Virus record (IMG/VR): IMGVR_UViG_3300024999_000325
Location: 1-27,638 of that record
Length of the DNA stretch: 27,638 nt
Strand: one strand, 5' to 3'
From: a virus
Lineage: Duplodnaviria; Caudoviricetes
In this document: piece by piece, positions 7,557 to 14,355 of the stretch
Numbering within the stretch: the stretch's first letter is position 1
How the letters are laid out: every line of letters starts with the position of its first letter
Position numbers and translations under genes: made by a program
The notes under the pieces: model-generated
What the model saw: the letters and a program-made list of their open reading frames with translations, nothing else
Told to the model about the DNA's origin: nothing
The model's database searches: none

Positions 7557-7826
7557 TTATTGCTTTTTTGTTGCGCTGCGTAACATATCGTCAAAAAAAT
7601 AATCCGAAATTTCATCAACTGGTATATCTAAAATCATACTCAAATTGTATATTTCGGTTTGTGTTAATTCGCTCCTGCCGTTAACTTTATTGCAGAGCGT
7701 AGTTGGGCTAATAATCATCTCATCAGCCATTTTCCGCAAGTTTGTTTTGCTCATGAAGATTCTTTCTTTAATCATGCCAATTTGTTTTTCTGTTAAATAT
7801 GTGCCGATCGGCTTAATCCTCATCAT
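7557..7826 (-). CDS. cro: Cro-like XRE HTH regulator (DUF739-like)
   Basis: LRKMADEMIISPTTLCNKVNGRSELTQTEI...ISDYFF; divergent from cI; AAAGGAGG SD before the ATG at 7826. Confidence 0.8.
   Translation of the reverse strand: MMRIKPIGTYLTEKQIGMIKERIFMSKTNLRKMADEMIISPTTLCNKVNGRSELTQTEIYNLSMILDIPVDEISDYFFDDMLRSATKKQ
7569..7585. promoter_or_regulatory. Distal switch operator inside the 3' end of cro
   Basis: TGTTGCG-CTG-CGTAACA, 14/14 match to TGTTRCG-N3-CGYAACA. Confidence 0.65.
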
Positions 7827-7841
7827 CTCGCCTCCTTTCTT

Positions 7842-7964
7842 TGTTGCGCTACGTATCATATTTAAAATTATAAATCATATATTAAGATTGTCAATACATT
7901 GCGCAACAAAATAAAGCAATTTTTTAAAATAATTGTTGCGTGTTAATACATGTTTAATTATAAT
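7842..7964. promoter_or_regulatory. Lysis-lysogeny switch: divergent promoters and operators
   Basis: Minus strand TTGACA(7894-7889)-N16-TATAAT(7872-7867); plus strand TTGCGT(7936)-N17-TATAAT(7959); TGTTGCG-type operators at 7842-7858, 7892-7908 and 7934-7950. Confidence 0.8.
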
Positions 7965-7987
7965 GAAACAAAAGGAGTTGAGCGATA

Positions 7988-8617
7988 ATGGTAGCAAACC
8001 CCGAATTATTGCAAATATTTGCAAAAAGGTTAAAAGAATGCAGGGATGAAAACGATTTAAACGTAAGGCAATTAGGTGAAGAAGTTGGTTTAAGCGGCGC
8101 CACAATATCTAGATACGAAAGGGCCGAAATCAACGCTCGACAAACAGGTATAAAGTTGTTGGCGCATTATTTTAAAGTAAATCCTGTATGGTTGATGGGG
8201 ATGGATGCCCCGAAATACTCGGAAGATCGTAAGTTAAAATATAAAAAAATTCCGGTATTAGGAAGAGTGGCCGCAGGCAAGCCAATTTCAGCAGAAGAAA
8301 ACATTGAAAGTTATGAAACGGTTGATTCGTCAGACGATGTTGATTTTTGCCTTAAAGTAAAGGGAGATAGCATGATTAACGCTAGGATTCACGATGGCGA
8401 CACTGTATATATTAGAAGCCAGCCCGATGTCGAAAATGGCGAAATTGCTTTATGTATGATTGATGACGAAGCGACTATCAAAAGAATATATAAAGTTGAT
8501 GATTGTATCATTCTAAGAGCCGAAAACCCTATTTACCCCGATAAAGTTTATGGCAAAAAAGATTTTAAAAATATTAAAATACTTGGCAAAGTTAAATCGT
8601 TTAAATCAAATATATAG
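7988..8617 (+). CDS. cI: CI repressor (XRE HTH + S24 LexA-type autopeptidase)
   Basis: N-terminal HTH; VAAG cleavage site, GDSM serine and ATIKR lysine. Confidence 0.93.
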   Translation: MVANPELLQIFAKRLKECRDENDLNVRQLGEEVGLSGATISRYERAEINARQTGIKLLAHYFKVNPVWLMGMDAPKYSEDRKLKYKKIPVLGRVAAGKPISAEENIESYETVDSSDDVDFCLKVKGDSMINARIHDGDTVYIRSQPDVENGEIALCMIDDEATIKRIYKVDDCIILRAENPIYPDKVYGKKDFKNIKILGKVKSFKSNI

Positions 8618-8630
8618 AGGATACATAGCC

Positions 8631-9800
8631 ATGGCATATATTAGAAAATTAAAAAACGGAACATTTCAAGCTTGCATATATAAAGGCAGAGATTTAAATG
8701 GAAAGATGATAAGGGAGTATATAACGCGACAGAGAGAAAAAGACTGTATCGCTGCGGCTCGTGATATAGAAATAGACGTGGAAAACCAAAGCTTACTCAA
8801 TGTTTCAAATATGAGGTTTAATATTTGGGCCGATAAATGGTTGGAAATGAAAAAACCAGAAATAGAAGATTCTACTTTTATTTCATATAAAATGTATATC
8901 GAGACGCATTTTAAGCCTGTATTTGGTAAATATAAATTATCTCAAATTAACGATCTTCATGTTAAAGATTATTTATCAAAAGAATTATCAAGTCATTCGT
9001 CTACTTCGGTCAGGAAATATTTTGGAGTTTTATCTAATATTTTCTATACAGCTCTAAAAAGAAAATCGCCGATGTTAGAACTTAAATCGCCCAAGGTCGA
9101 AAAATACACACCGTGTGTCCCTACAGAAGAGCAAGCCGCTCTTTTGCACCGATGTGTCAAAGGCACGTTTGACGAGTTGCCGTTTTTGTTGGCGGCGCAT
9201 GCCGGAATGCGAGAAGGCGAAATATTCGCCTTAACATGGGCGGATGTTGATTTTAATAATTCAATTATTTATATAGTAAAAAGCAGAGGTATTACGGAAG
9301 AAGGATATAAAAATAAAAAACCTAAATCCGAAAGAGGCATACGAAGAGTTGTTTTGCCTGAATATTTGGTTCAATTATTAAAATCAAAAAGACCAATCGA
9401 TTATAAAAAGTCATCAGCTCCGATATTTAATATGCGGCCAGATAGCTATAGCGGCAGATGGGCCAATCTTATGGACAAGCTCGGAACTCCTGAGATTACG
9501 TTTCACAATTTAAGGCACTATCAAGCGACAGTTATGTATAGAAATGGAATACCCGATCAATACGCCGCTCAAAGACTTGGACACGATGTCGTTGTGCTAA
9601 AAAAGATATATCAGCATCTTCAAAGCAATGATAATAAAGCGATGGACGATAGAATGAAAGACATTTTCAACGAAGAGTTAGCGGCGGCAAATAACGCACA
9701 AAATAACGCACAAAACGTTAGTAGCGGCAATAACGCTATTAAAACAAATTTAAACACGTTGCGTAGTGCAAAAATAAAGCGATTAAATAAGCCTCTGTAA
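8631..9800 (+). CDS. int: Tyrosine integrase
   Basis: GMREGE, KKPKS, FHNLRH, LGH and IYQH catalytic motifs; start at the ATG at 8631 after AGAGG. Confidence 0.95.
   Translation: MAYIRKLKNGTFQACIYKGRDLNGKMIREYITRQREKDCIAAARDIEIDVENQSLLNVSNMRFNIWADKWLEMKKPEIEDSTFISYKMYIETHFKPVFGKYKLSQINDLHVKDYLSKELSSHSSTSVRKYFGVLSNIFYTALKRKSPMLELKSPKVEKYTPCVPTEEQAALLHRCVKGTFDELPFLLAAHAGMREGEIFALTWADVDFNNSIIYIVKSRGITEEGYKNKKPKSERGIRRVVLPEYLVQLLKSKRPIDYKKSSAPIFNMRPDSYSGRWANLMDKLGTPEITFHNLRHYQATVMYRNGIPDQYAAQRLGHDVVVLKKIYQHLQSNDNKAMDDRMKDIFNEELAAANNAQNNAQNVSSGNNAIKTNLNTLRSAKIKRLNKPL
9689..9715 (+). repeat. Integrase arm-type tandem sites (left arm, inside int)
   Basis: AAATAACGCACA twice; the same motif recurs at 9945-9973. 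Confidence 0.75.
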
Positions 9801-9844
9801 TTGAGCATTTGATATTTTTACAAATACCGTTACGCTACGTAATT

Positions 9845-9896
9845 CAACGGATTTCTAATCCGTTGGCCGGACGTTCGAGTCGTCTCGGGAACACCA
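9845..9896 (+). other. attP core: 3' half of tRNA-Arg(TCT)
   Basis: ACGGA-TTTCTAA-TCCGT anticodon arm, GGACG-TTCGAGT-CGTCT T arm, CGGGAAC-A-CCA end; no D arm or 5' acceptor strand (GTTCCCG) upstream. Confidence 0.88.
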
Positions 9897-9898
9897 GC

Positions 9899-9939
9899 AA
9901 AACAGCGACTTCTAGGTAAAGCTAGCAGGTCGCTGTTTT
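9899..9939. terminator. Terminator supplied to the reconstituted tRNA (potentially bidirectional)
   Basis: AAAACAGCGAC...GTCGCTGTTTT inverted repeat just after CCA. Confidence 0.75.
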
Positions 9940-9944
9940 CATGT

Positions 9945-9973
9945 AATAACGCACAAATAACGCACAAAATAAA
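9945..9973 (+). repeat. Integrase arm-type tandem sites (right arm)
   Basis: AATAACGCACA-AATAACGCACAAAA. Confidence 0.75.
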
Positions 9974-10004
9974 GTCGCCGAAATAAAGTAATATAAAAAT
10001 TAAC

Positions 10005-10033
10005 TTGCACATCGTTAAATTTAGTATTACAAT
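10005..10033 (+). promoter_or_regulatory. sigmaA-type promoter of the exonuclease gene
   Basis: TTGCAC-N17-TACAAT with an AT-rich upstream element. Confidence 0.65.
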
Positions 10034-10078
10034 TTCAATAAACGTCAAGGCTAAAAATCTATTAAATAATTTAATGAG

Positions 10079-10909
10079 GTGATTGTTGTGAAAAAAATCT
10101 TATCGATTCTCGGAGCTGTAGCAGCTGTATTGATTTGCATTGCGATACTAAGCGCAAATCTTTTTGTCGGGATTGCAATAATTATTTTAGCGTTTTATTT
10201 TATCGGCAAAGCTAAGACAGCCGATAAGTCCCAAGAGCAAACCCAACCGCAAGAGTCTCAGCAACAGCATGTTTACTCACGGCGCTCAAACATGGACGAT
10301 GAATATAATGAAATAATCGGGGAAACTGAGCAGATAAGGATAAACACTATAAAAGGCAGAGCCCGATGCAACGACTTTATTGCATTTGACATCGAAACCA
10401 CAGGATTAAGCCCTAGCAATTGCGAAATAATCGAATTCGCGGCCGTCAGGTTCATTAACGGAAAAGAGTTTGCTTCTTTTGAAAAACTTATAAAACCAAA
10501 GGTTCCAATAACCGAATTTATAACAAAAATCAACGGAATAACTAACGACATGGTTGCTGATTCACCTTCTATAGAAGAGATGCTGCCGAAACTCACCGAG
10601 TTCATCGGAGAGTTGCCAATCGTTATGCATAACGCCACGTTTGACCTATCGTTTCTGATGGCAAATTTACATAGGCAAGGTGTGAGTATTCTAAACCCTT
10701 ATGTATGTACTTTAAATTGCTCTAGAAAGTACGTAAATCTAAACAGTCATAAACTCATCAATGTCGCTAAACATTTTAACATAGACCAAGGTGGATACCA
10801 TAGAGCATATGCTGATGCTCGGATTACAGGCATGATATTTATAGAGCTGTTAAAACTGGCAGAAGCCGATCAGGAAGCTAAAAGGATTGAAAGGCGAACG
10901 CGAGCATAA
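10079..10909 (+). CDS. Membrane-anchored DEDDh (DnaQ-like) 3'-5' exonuclease
   Basis: About 40-aa hydrophobic N-terminus (1-2 TM), Gln-rich linker, ExoI DIETTG, ExoII HNATFD, ExoIII HRAYAD; start may be the GTG at 10088. Confidence 0.88.
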   Translation: MIVVKKILSILGAVAAVLICIAILSANLFVGIAIIILAFYFIGKAKTADKSQEQTQPQESQQQHVYSRRSNMDDEYNEIIGETEQIRINTIKGRARCNDFIAFDIETTGLSPSNCEIIEFAAVRFINGKEFASFEKLIKPKVPITEFITKINGITNDMVADSPSIEEMLPKLTEFIGELPIVMHNATFDLSFLMANLHRQGVSILNPYVCTLNCSRKYVNLNSHKLINVAKHFNIDQGGYHRAYADARITGMIFIELLKLAEADQEAKRIERRTRA

Positions 10910-10973
10910 TTGTACATTCGCGACGATTGTATTATCGGGAATACGATATTTACTCCAAGCGTTCTGACTTTTC

Positions 10974-10994
10974 GCCCTCTTCGGAGGGCTTTTT
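10974..10994 (+). terminator. Intrinsic terminator
   Basis: GCCCTC-TTCG-GAGGGC-TTTTT. Confidence 0.85.
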
Positions 10995-11020
10995 ATTTGC
11001 CCATCATATGGCAATATTGT

Positions 11021-11094
11021 TACATTTTACATCAATAATTTATCATTTTATGTACATTATATGTATTGACACCATACATCAACTGATGTATACT
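11021..11094 (+). promoter_or_regulatory. Near-consensus promoter overlapped by palindromic operators
   Basis: TTGACA(11066)-N17-TATACT(11089); ATACATCA-AC-TGATGTAT at 11074-11091; seven TACAT/ATGTA half-sites. Confidence 0.8.
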
Positions 11095-11124
11095 TAGATT
11101 ATCAAATAACAGGAGGCAACGACA

Positions 11125-11430
11125 ATGTTAAACACAGAAAAAATGCTCACTATAGGAAAAGAATGGATTAACGGAAACAACCATAGGATATATTTTAATG
11201 ATTTAGCAAAATTGCTTGGCTTGGTAGTAGAAAAATACAACACAGGAAGCATTTCATACGCCGAACTCAATGGCCAAAAAATTTCAAACTCATCAGCAAG
11301 CAAAATGATTAGCAATTTATATTACGCAAAAGTTTGGTTTGATTTTACAACAGAGAAATTCGAGTCAAAAAATATCAGCTCCGATGATTTTAATACAATT
11401 GTCGAAAAAATTAAAGAAATCGCAGAATAA
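11125..11430 (+). CDS. Hypothetical protein (AT-rich accessory gene)
   Basis: AGGAGG SD; first gene behind the strong promoter. Confidence 0.8.
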   Translation: MLNTEKMLTIGKEWINGNNHRIYFNDLAKLLGLVVEKYNTGSISYAELNGQKISNSSASKMISNLYYAKVWFDFTTEKFESKNISSDDFNTIVEKIKEIAE

Positions 11431-11477
11431 ACAAAAAACCGAGCCGGGCGGTAAATCCCGGCAGAATGGAGAACATC

Positions 11478-11930
11478 ATGCGAAAAATTATTGACGGCAG
11501 GACGTACAACACGGAAACATCGAAATTGATAGGCGATTGGTCGAACGAGCGGAGCAACAGGGATTTTTCGCACTGCTATCAGGCACTGTACCGTAACACC
11601 AAAGGCGCGTATTTCCTTCACGGCTACGGCGGCCCGATGAGCGAGTATGCGCGTCATATCGGCAACGAGACGCACGGCGGCGAGACAATTAACCCGATGA
11701 CCGCAGAGGATGCGCAAGCATGGGCAGAGAAACATTTATTTGCCGAAACTGTTGAGGCAGAATTCGGCGCGCAAGAAGAAGCCGCGCCCTCTGACCTGAC
11801 TACCCGCGAGCGCGTGAATATGGTGATTGACTCGGAATTAATGGCCAAGCTCCGCAAATATTCGTCCGAAACTGGCGTGCCGATGAGCAGAATCATGGAT
11901 AAGGCGATTATAAAATTTTTCGAGGCATAA
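11478..11930 (+). CDS. Unknown N-terminal domain fused to a C-terminal ribbon-helix-helix domain
   Basis: GGAG SD before the ATG at 11478; RERVNMVIDSELMAKLRKYSSETGVPMSRIMDKAIIKFF has the RHH pattern. Confidence 0.8.
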   Translation: MRKIIDGRTYNTETSKLIGDWSNERSNRDFSHCYQALYRNTKGAYFLHGYGGPMSEYARHIGNETHGGETINPMTAEDAQAWAEKHLFAETVEAEFGAQEEAAPSDLTTRERVNMVIDSELMAKLRKYSSETGVPMSRIMDKAIIKFFEA

Positions 11931-11955
11931 AAAAGAGGCTCCCGAAGGAGCCAAA
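11929..11955 (-). terminator. Terminator of the late/lysis transcript
   Basis: GGCTCC-TTCG-GGAGCC-TCTTTTTT on the minus strand. Confidence 0.75.
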
Positions 11956-12007
11956 GTGTCCGCAGTTCCACACCTGTGCGTACCGATCTACACCGCATAA
12001 TTATAAG

Positions 12008-12033
12008 AGGCTTCGCTTGCGCGGAGTCTTTTT
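12008..12033 (+). terminator. Terminator of the plus-strand accessory operon
   Basis: AGGCTTCGC-TTGC-GCGGAGTCT-TTTT; its G-U pairs form only on the plus strand. Confidence 0.65.
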
Positions 12034-12652
12034 ATTTGCCTATTGAGCGGAGAGCCCTCATTATAAGGGATGCCGCCTGTTCACGGGTAATCGGCTCTTT
12101 AGGGTTAAAATTCCCCTTGTCATCGCCTTTCATTATGCCACGCTCATATAGCTCCTGAACGTCAGCTCTCGCCCATTCAGCGATTTTTTCATAATCTCCG
12201 TACACTTTAAACATCCCTCCATCATAATAATTTAATCCATACTGCTCGATAATCCTGATCAGCGCATTAGCGTATGCTGGGTCAGTTGCATATCCGCATG
12301 TCTGGAGCGCCCTAGCCGCCTCTTGATACGACTCTGCCTGACGTACAGGGATATATCTGTCTATCAGTAATAGTTGAGTATGGTCGTAGATTGAGTCGGT
12401 GAATGAATTGTATTTGCGGAACGGCTCTTTCATGGTGACATACTGCCCTTGAATATACTCCTGCGTGTCGAGGTATTGCACATCATATCCGCAGCCGTCA
12501 TACCATTTCATTCCGAATAGGTTATTCCCCGGCGCTGAGTCGCCCCATGCGCTCTCAATGATAGCTTGTGCCATCGTGACGCTTGACCTGATATTGTGTT
12601 TTCTCCACGCCTCTAGCGCGCCCGGTTTGATAAGTTCCAAAAAGTTAATCAT
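12032..12652 (-). CDS. Endolysin: GH73 glucosaminidase + SLH domain
   Basis: AQAIIESAWG, NNLFGMK, GYATDP; C-terminal WA...GIMKG...FNPKEPITREQAA SLH motif. Confidence 0.92.
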   Translation of the reverse strand: MINFLELIKPGALEAWRKHNIRSSVTMAQAIIESAWGDSAPGNNLFGMKWYDGCGYDVQYLDTQEYIQGQYVTMKEPFRKYNSFTDSIYDHTQLLLIDRYIPVRQAESYQEAARALQTCGYATDPAYANALIRIIEQYGLNYYDGGMFKVYGDYEKIAEWARADVQELYERGIMKGDDKGNFNPKEPITREQAASLIMRALRSIGK

Positions 12653-12660
12653 ATGCCCTC

Positions 12661-12840
12661 CTAGAAATGCGCTGGGTCTGTCGGGTTGTTGAGGATACCA
12701 AACGCGGTAAGTGTGAGCAGTATCATATCAACTAATTGATTAAACATTGGGATTTCCCAGCCGAAATAAGTTTTAGCGACGAATCCGATTAATGTTGATA
12801 TTGATAGCCACGTTGCCCATGATTTTAGTCTGTTTTGCAT
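12661..12840 (-). CDS. Holin
   Basis: MQNRLKSW, two TM segments, GILNNPTD; directly upstream of the endolysin. Confidence 0.85.
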   Translation of the reverse strand: MQNRLKSWATWLSISTLIGFVAKTYFGWEIPMFNQLVDMILLTLTAFGILNNPTDPAHF

Positions 12841-12854
12841 ATACATTCACCTCC

Positions 12855-13103
12855 TTAATATAATTTTGTAATTATGTAGATAATCAATGTTAGAGTAGCT
12901 CCTAAAATAGCCCATAATAGCTTGTTTATTGATTTGAGCGTTTGCCCTTGTAAAGCAAGCCTCGTGTTCATGTCGGGAAGGCAAGCCGTCTTTGTTTCGA
13001 GGTCGTTCACCTTAGATTTAACCACTTTAAAATCTCCCTCGACAGTGTTTACCCTATTTCCTAGGCTGTCAAATTCATCGCGTGTCACATCTGACTGTAG
13101 CAT
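12855..13103 (-). CDS. XhlA-like coiled-coil + C-terminal TM lysis accessory protein
   Basis: Heptad region followed by LLWAILGATLTLIIYII; precedes the holin. Confidence 0.7.
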   Translation of the reverse strand: MLQSDVTRDEFDSLGNRVNTVEGDFKVVKSKVNDLETKTACLPDMNTRLALQGQTLKSINKLLWAILGATLTLIIYIITKLY

Positions 13104-13106
13104 TCC

Positions 13107-13394
13107 CTATTCCTCCGTTGCTCCTGCAAATTCTGGTATCTCCGCTCTAATTCGAGCGTACAAATTAGCCTTGCTGATATTGCCATCTCCGAGCGGCAAC
13201 CGTATGGCCATCGATGTATAGGATAAATTTTCGCCCTCTGCGACCTCTAAATCCCATATGGCTTTATTGGCATAAGAGGTTAGGTTGATGTCTATGTATT
13301 CGCCATCAAGTTCCTCGGTGATTGAACAGGCGCGGATTCGGTGATGCCGTGTAACCATGCCTTTTTTATCGGTTATAATCTTTTTTATTGGCAT
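13107..13394 (-). CDS. Hypothetical tail-region protein (possible fibre chaperone)
   Basis: Position in the operon; C-terminal LYARIRAEIPEFAGATEE. Confidence 0.65.
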   Translation of the reverse strand: MPIKKIITDKKGMVTRHHRIRACSITEELDGEYIDINLTSYANKAIWDLEVAEGENLSYTSMAIRLPLGDGNISKANLYARIRAEIPEFAGATEE

Positions 13395-13395
13395 A

Positions 13396-13779
13396 TTAAT
13401 CCCTCACAATAAAATTTTTCAATGCTTCGACCTCTTGCGTAGTCAGTTTGATATTGTTCTTGACGAGCGTTTGAAATGATATAGGCGGCACATTAAATTC
13501 ATTCTCAATTTGCAATAATTCAGTGACCTCTTCGATGAACTCTTTATTGTCATCAAGCCCTGAATATCGCCCATCTATCATCAATGTATTACCGTCTTCG
13601 TCCTTGTCGCAATGCTCTCTGCAAAGTTGGAGTCTGAGTTGCTCCATTTGTTCATGTTTTTCCATCAATGATTTAAGTGATGTACCTAAGTCCCAAGCCA
13701 GTTGAATGTCTAACTTTTGCATTGAGAGAGCATTTAGCGCTCTGATTACCTCTGTAAGTTCCGCGTTCTTTATTTTCAT
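13396..13779 (-). CDS. Conserved tail-region helical protein (DUF1617-like)
   Basis: MKIKNAEL...LDIQLAWDL...KDEDGN...ELLQIENE pattern. Confidence 0.6.
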   Translation of the reverse strand: MKIKNAELTEVIRALNALSMQKLDIQLAWDLGTSLKSLMEKHEQMEQLRLQLCREHCDKDEDGNTLMIDGRYSGLDDNKEFIEEVTELLQIENEFNVPPISFQTLVKNNIKLTTQEVEALKNFIVRD

Positions 13780-13787
13780 ATGTTCTC

Positions 13788-14354
13788 CTATACTCCTAAT
13801 ACCTTTGCAGGTATTGCGCCATTGACTTTTGCAGGTGTTAATATTCCTAAAACTTTGTGTGCATAGCCGAGTGAATAATCAATAACGACCTTGATGTAAT
13901 CGCAAAAAATTGATTGTGCATAGCCATTGTCAGATGTTTTTCTATATCGTAGACGAATATTCATACCGGCTGTTGTGTTTGTATTAAGCTCGGCCACTGA
14001 CCATGTGCCGGGATTTGCCAGAGTTAGCACAACTTCAGAGCCTTGTGTGGCGCTTACTGTTGTTTCAGCGCCTCTGGCTGTCGATGTGCCAAGATATGCC
14101 TGTATGCCCAAATCAAAAGTCTCGTCAACGCTGCCGCCATACCACCCTGCTGTAACTGTGACGGAGTTGATTATAGCTCCCACAGGTACCCCGAAAGCAT
14201 ACGTTGATAAAAATTGAATATAATCACGGTTATAAACGTTGAATGGGTTTGCGACTGAAGCATAAGTATTGTCATCTGCGTATAAATTGCCAGGGCTAGT
14301 CCACGGATAAGTGCCGCCTGAGTTCGCGGTCGGAAACTTAGTTATCGTTGACAT
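13788..14354 (-). CDS. Beta-rich putative receptor-binding / tail accessory protein
   Basis: Thr/Gly/Tyr-rich; follows the tail fibre; three C-terminal KV(L/N)G repeats. Confidence 0.6.
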   Translation of the reverse strand: MSTITKFPTANSGGTYPWTSPGNLYADDNTYASVANPFNVYNRDYIQFLSTYAFGVPVGAIINSVTVTAGWYGGSVDETFDLGIQAYLGTSTARGAETTVSATQGSEVVLTLANPGTWSVAELNTNTTAGMNIRLRYRKTSDNGYAQSIFCDYIKVVIDYSLGYAHKVLGILTPAKVNGAIPAKVLGV

Positions 14355-14355
14355 A

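Noticed and set aside
7827-7859. N-terminal MIRSATKK extension of Cro duplicating its C-terminus
   Set aside because: It is the operator sequence read in frame; the SD points to the ATG at 7826
8550-8630. Longer integrase start from the ORF track
   Set aside because: Overlaps cI by 68 bp with no SD; the ATG at 8631 has an AGAGG SD
9820-9896. Complete tRNA-Arg gene
   Set aside because: No D arm and no 5' acceptor strand complementary to CGGGAAC; only the 3' half is present
11956-12005. CRISPR repeat, RNA anti-CRISPR, ribozyme or dif site
   Set aside because: No repeat-spacer periodicity and only vague resemblance to type I-E repeats; no hammerhead core; no XerD arm; the minus-strand TATAAT lacks a -35 or TG
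12838-12846. Lambda S-type dual start in the holin (Met-Tyr-Met)
   Set aside because: The first ATG is 1 nt from GGAGGTG and the extension carries no positive charge
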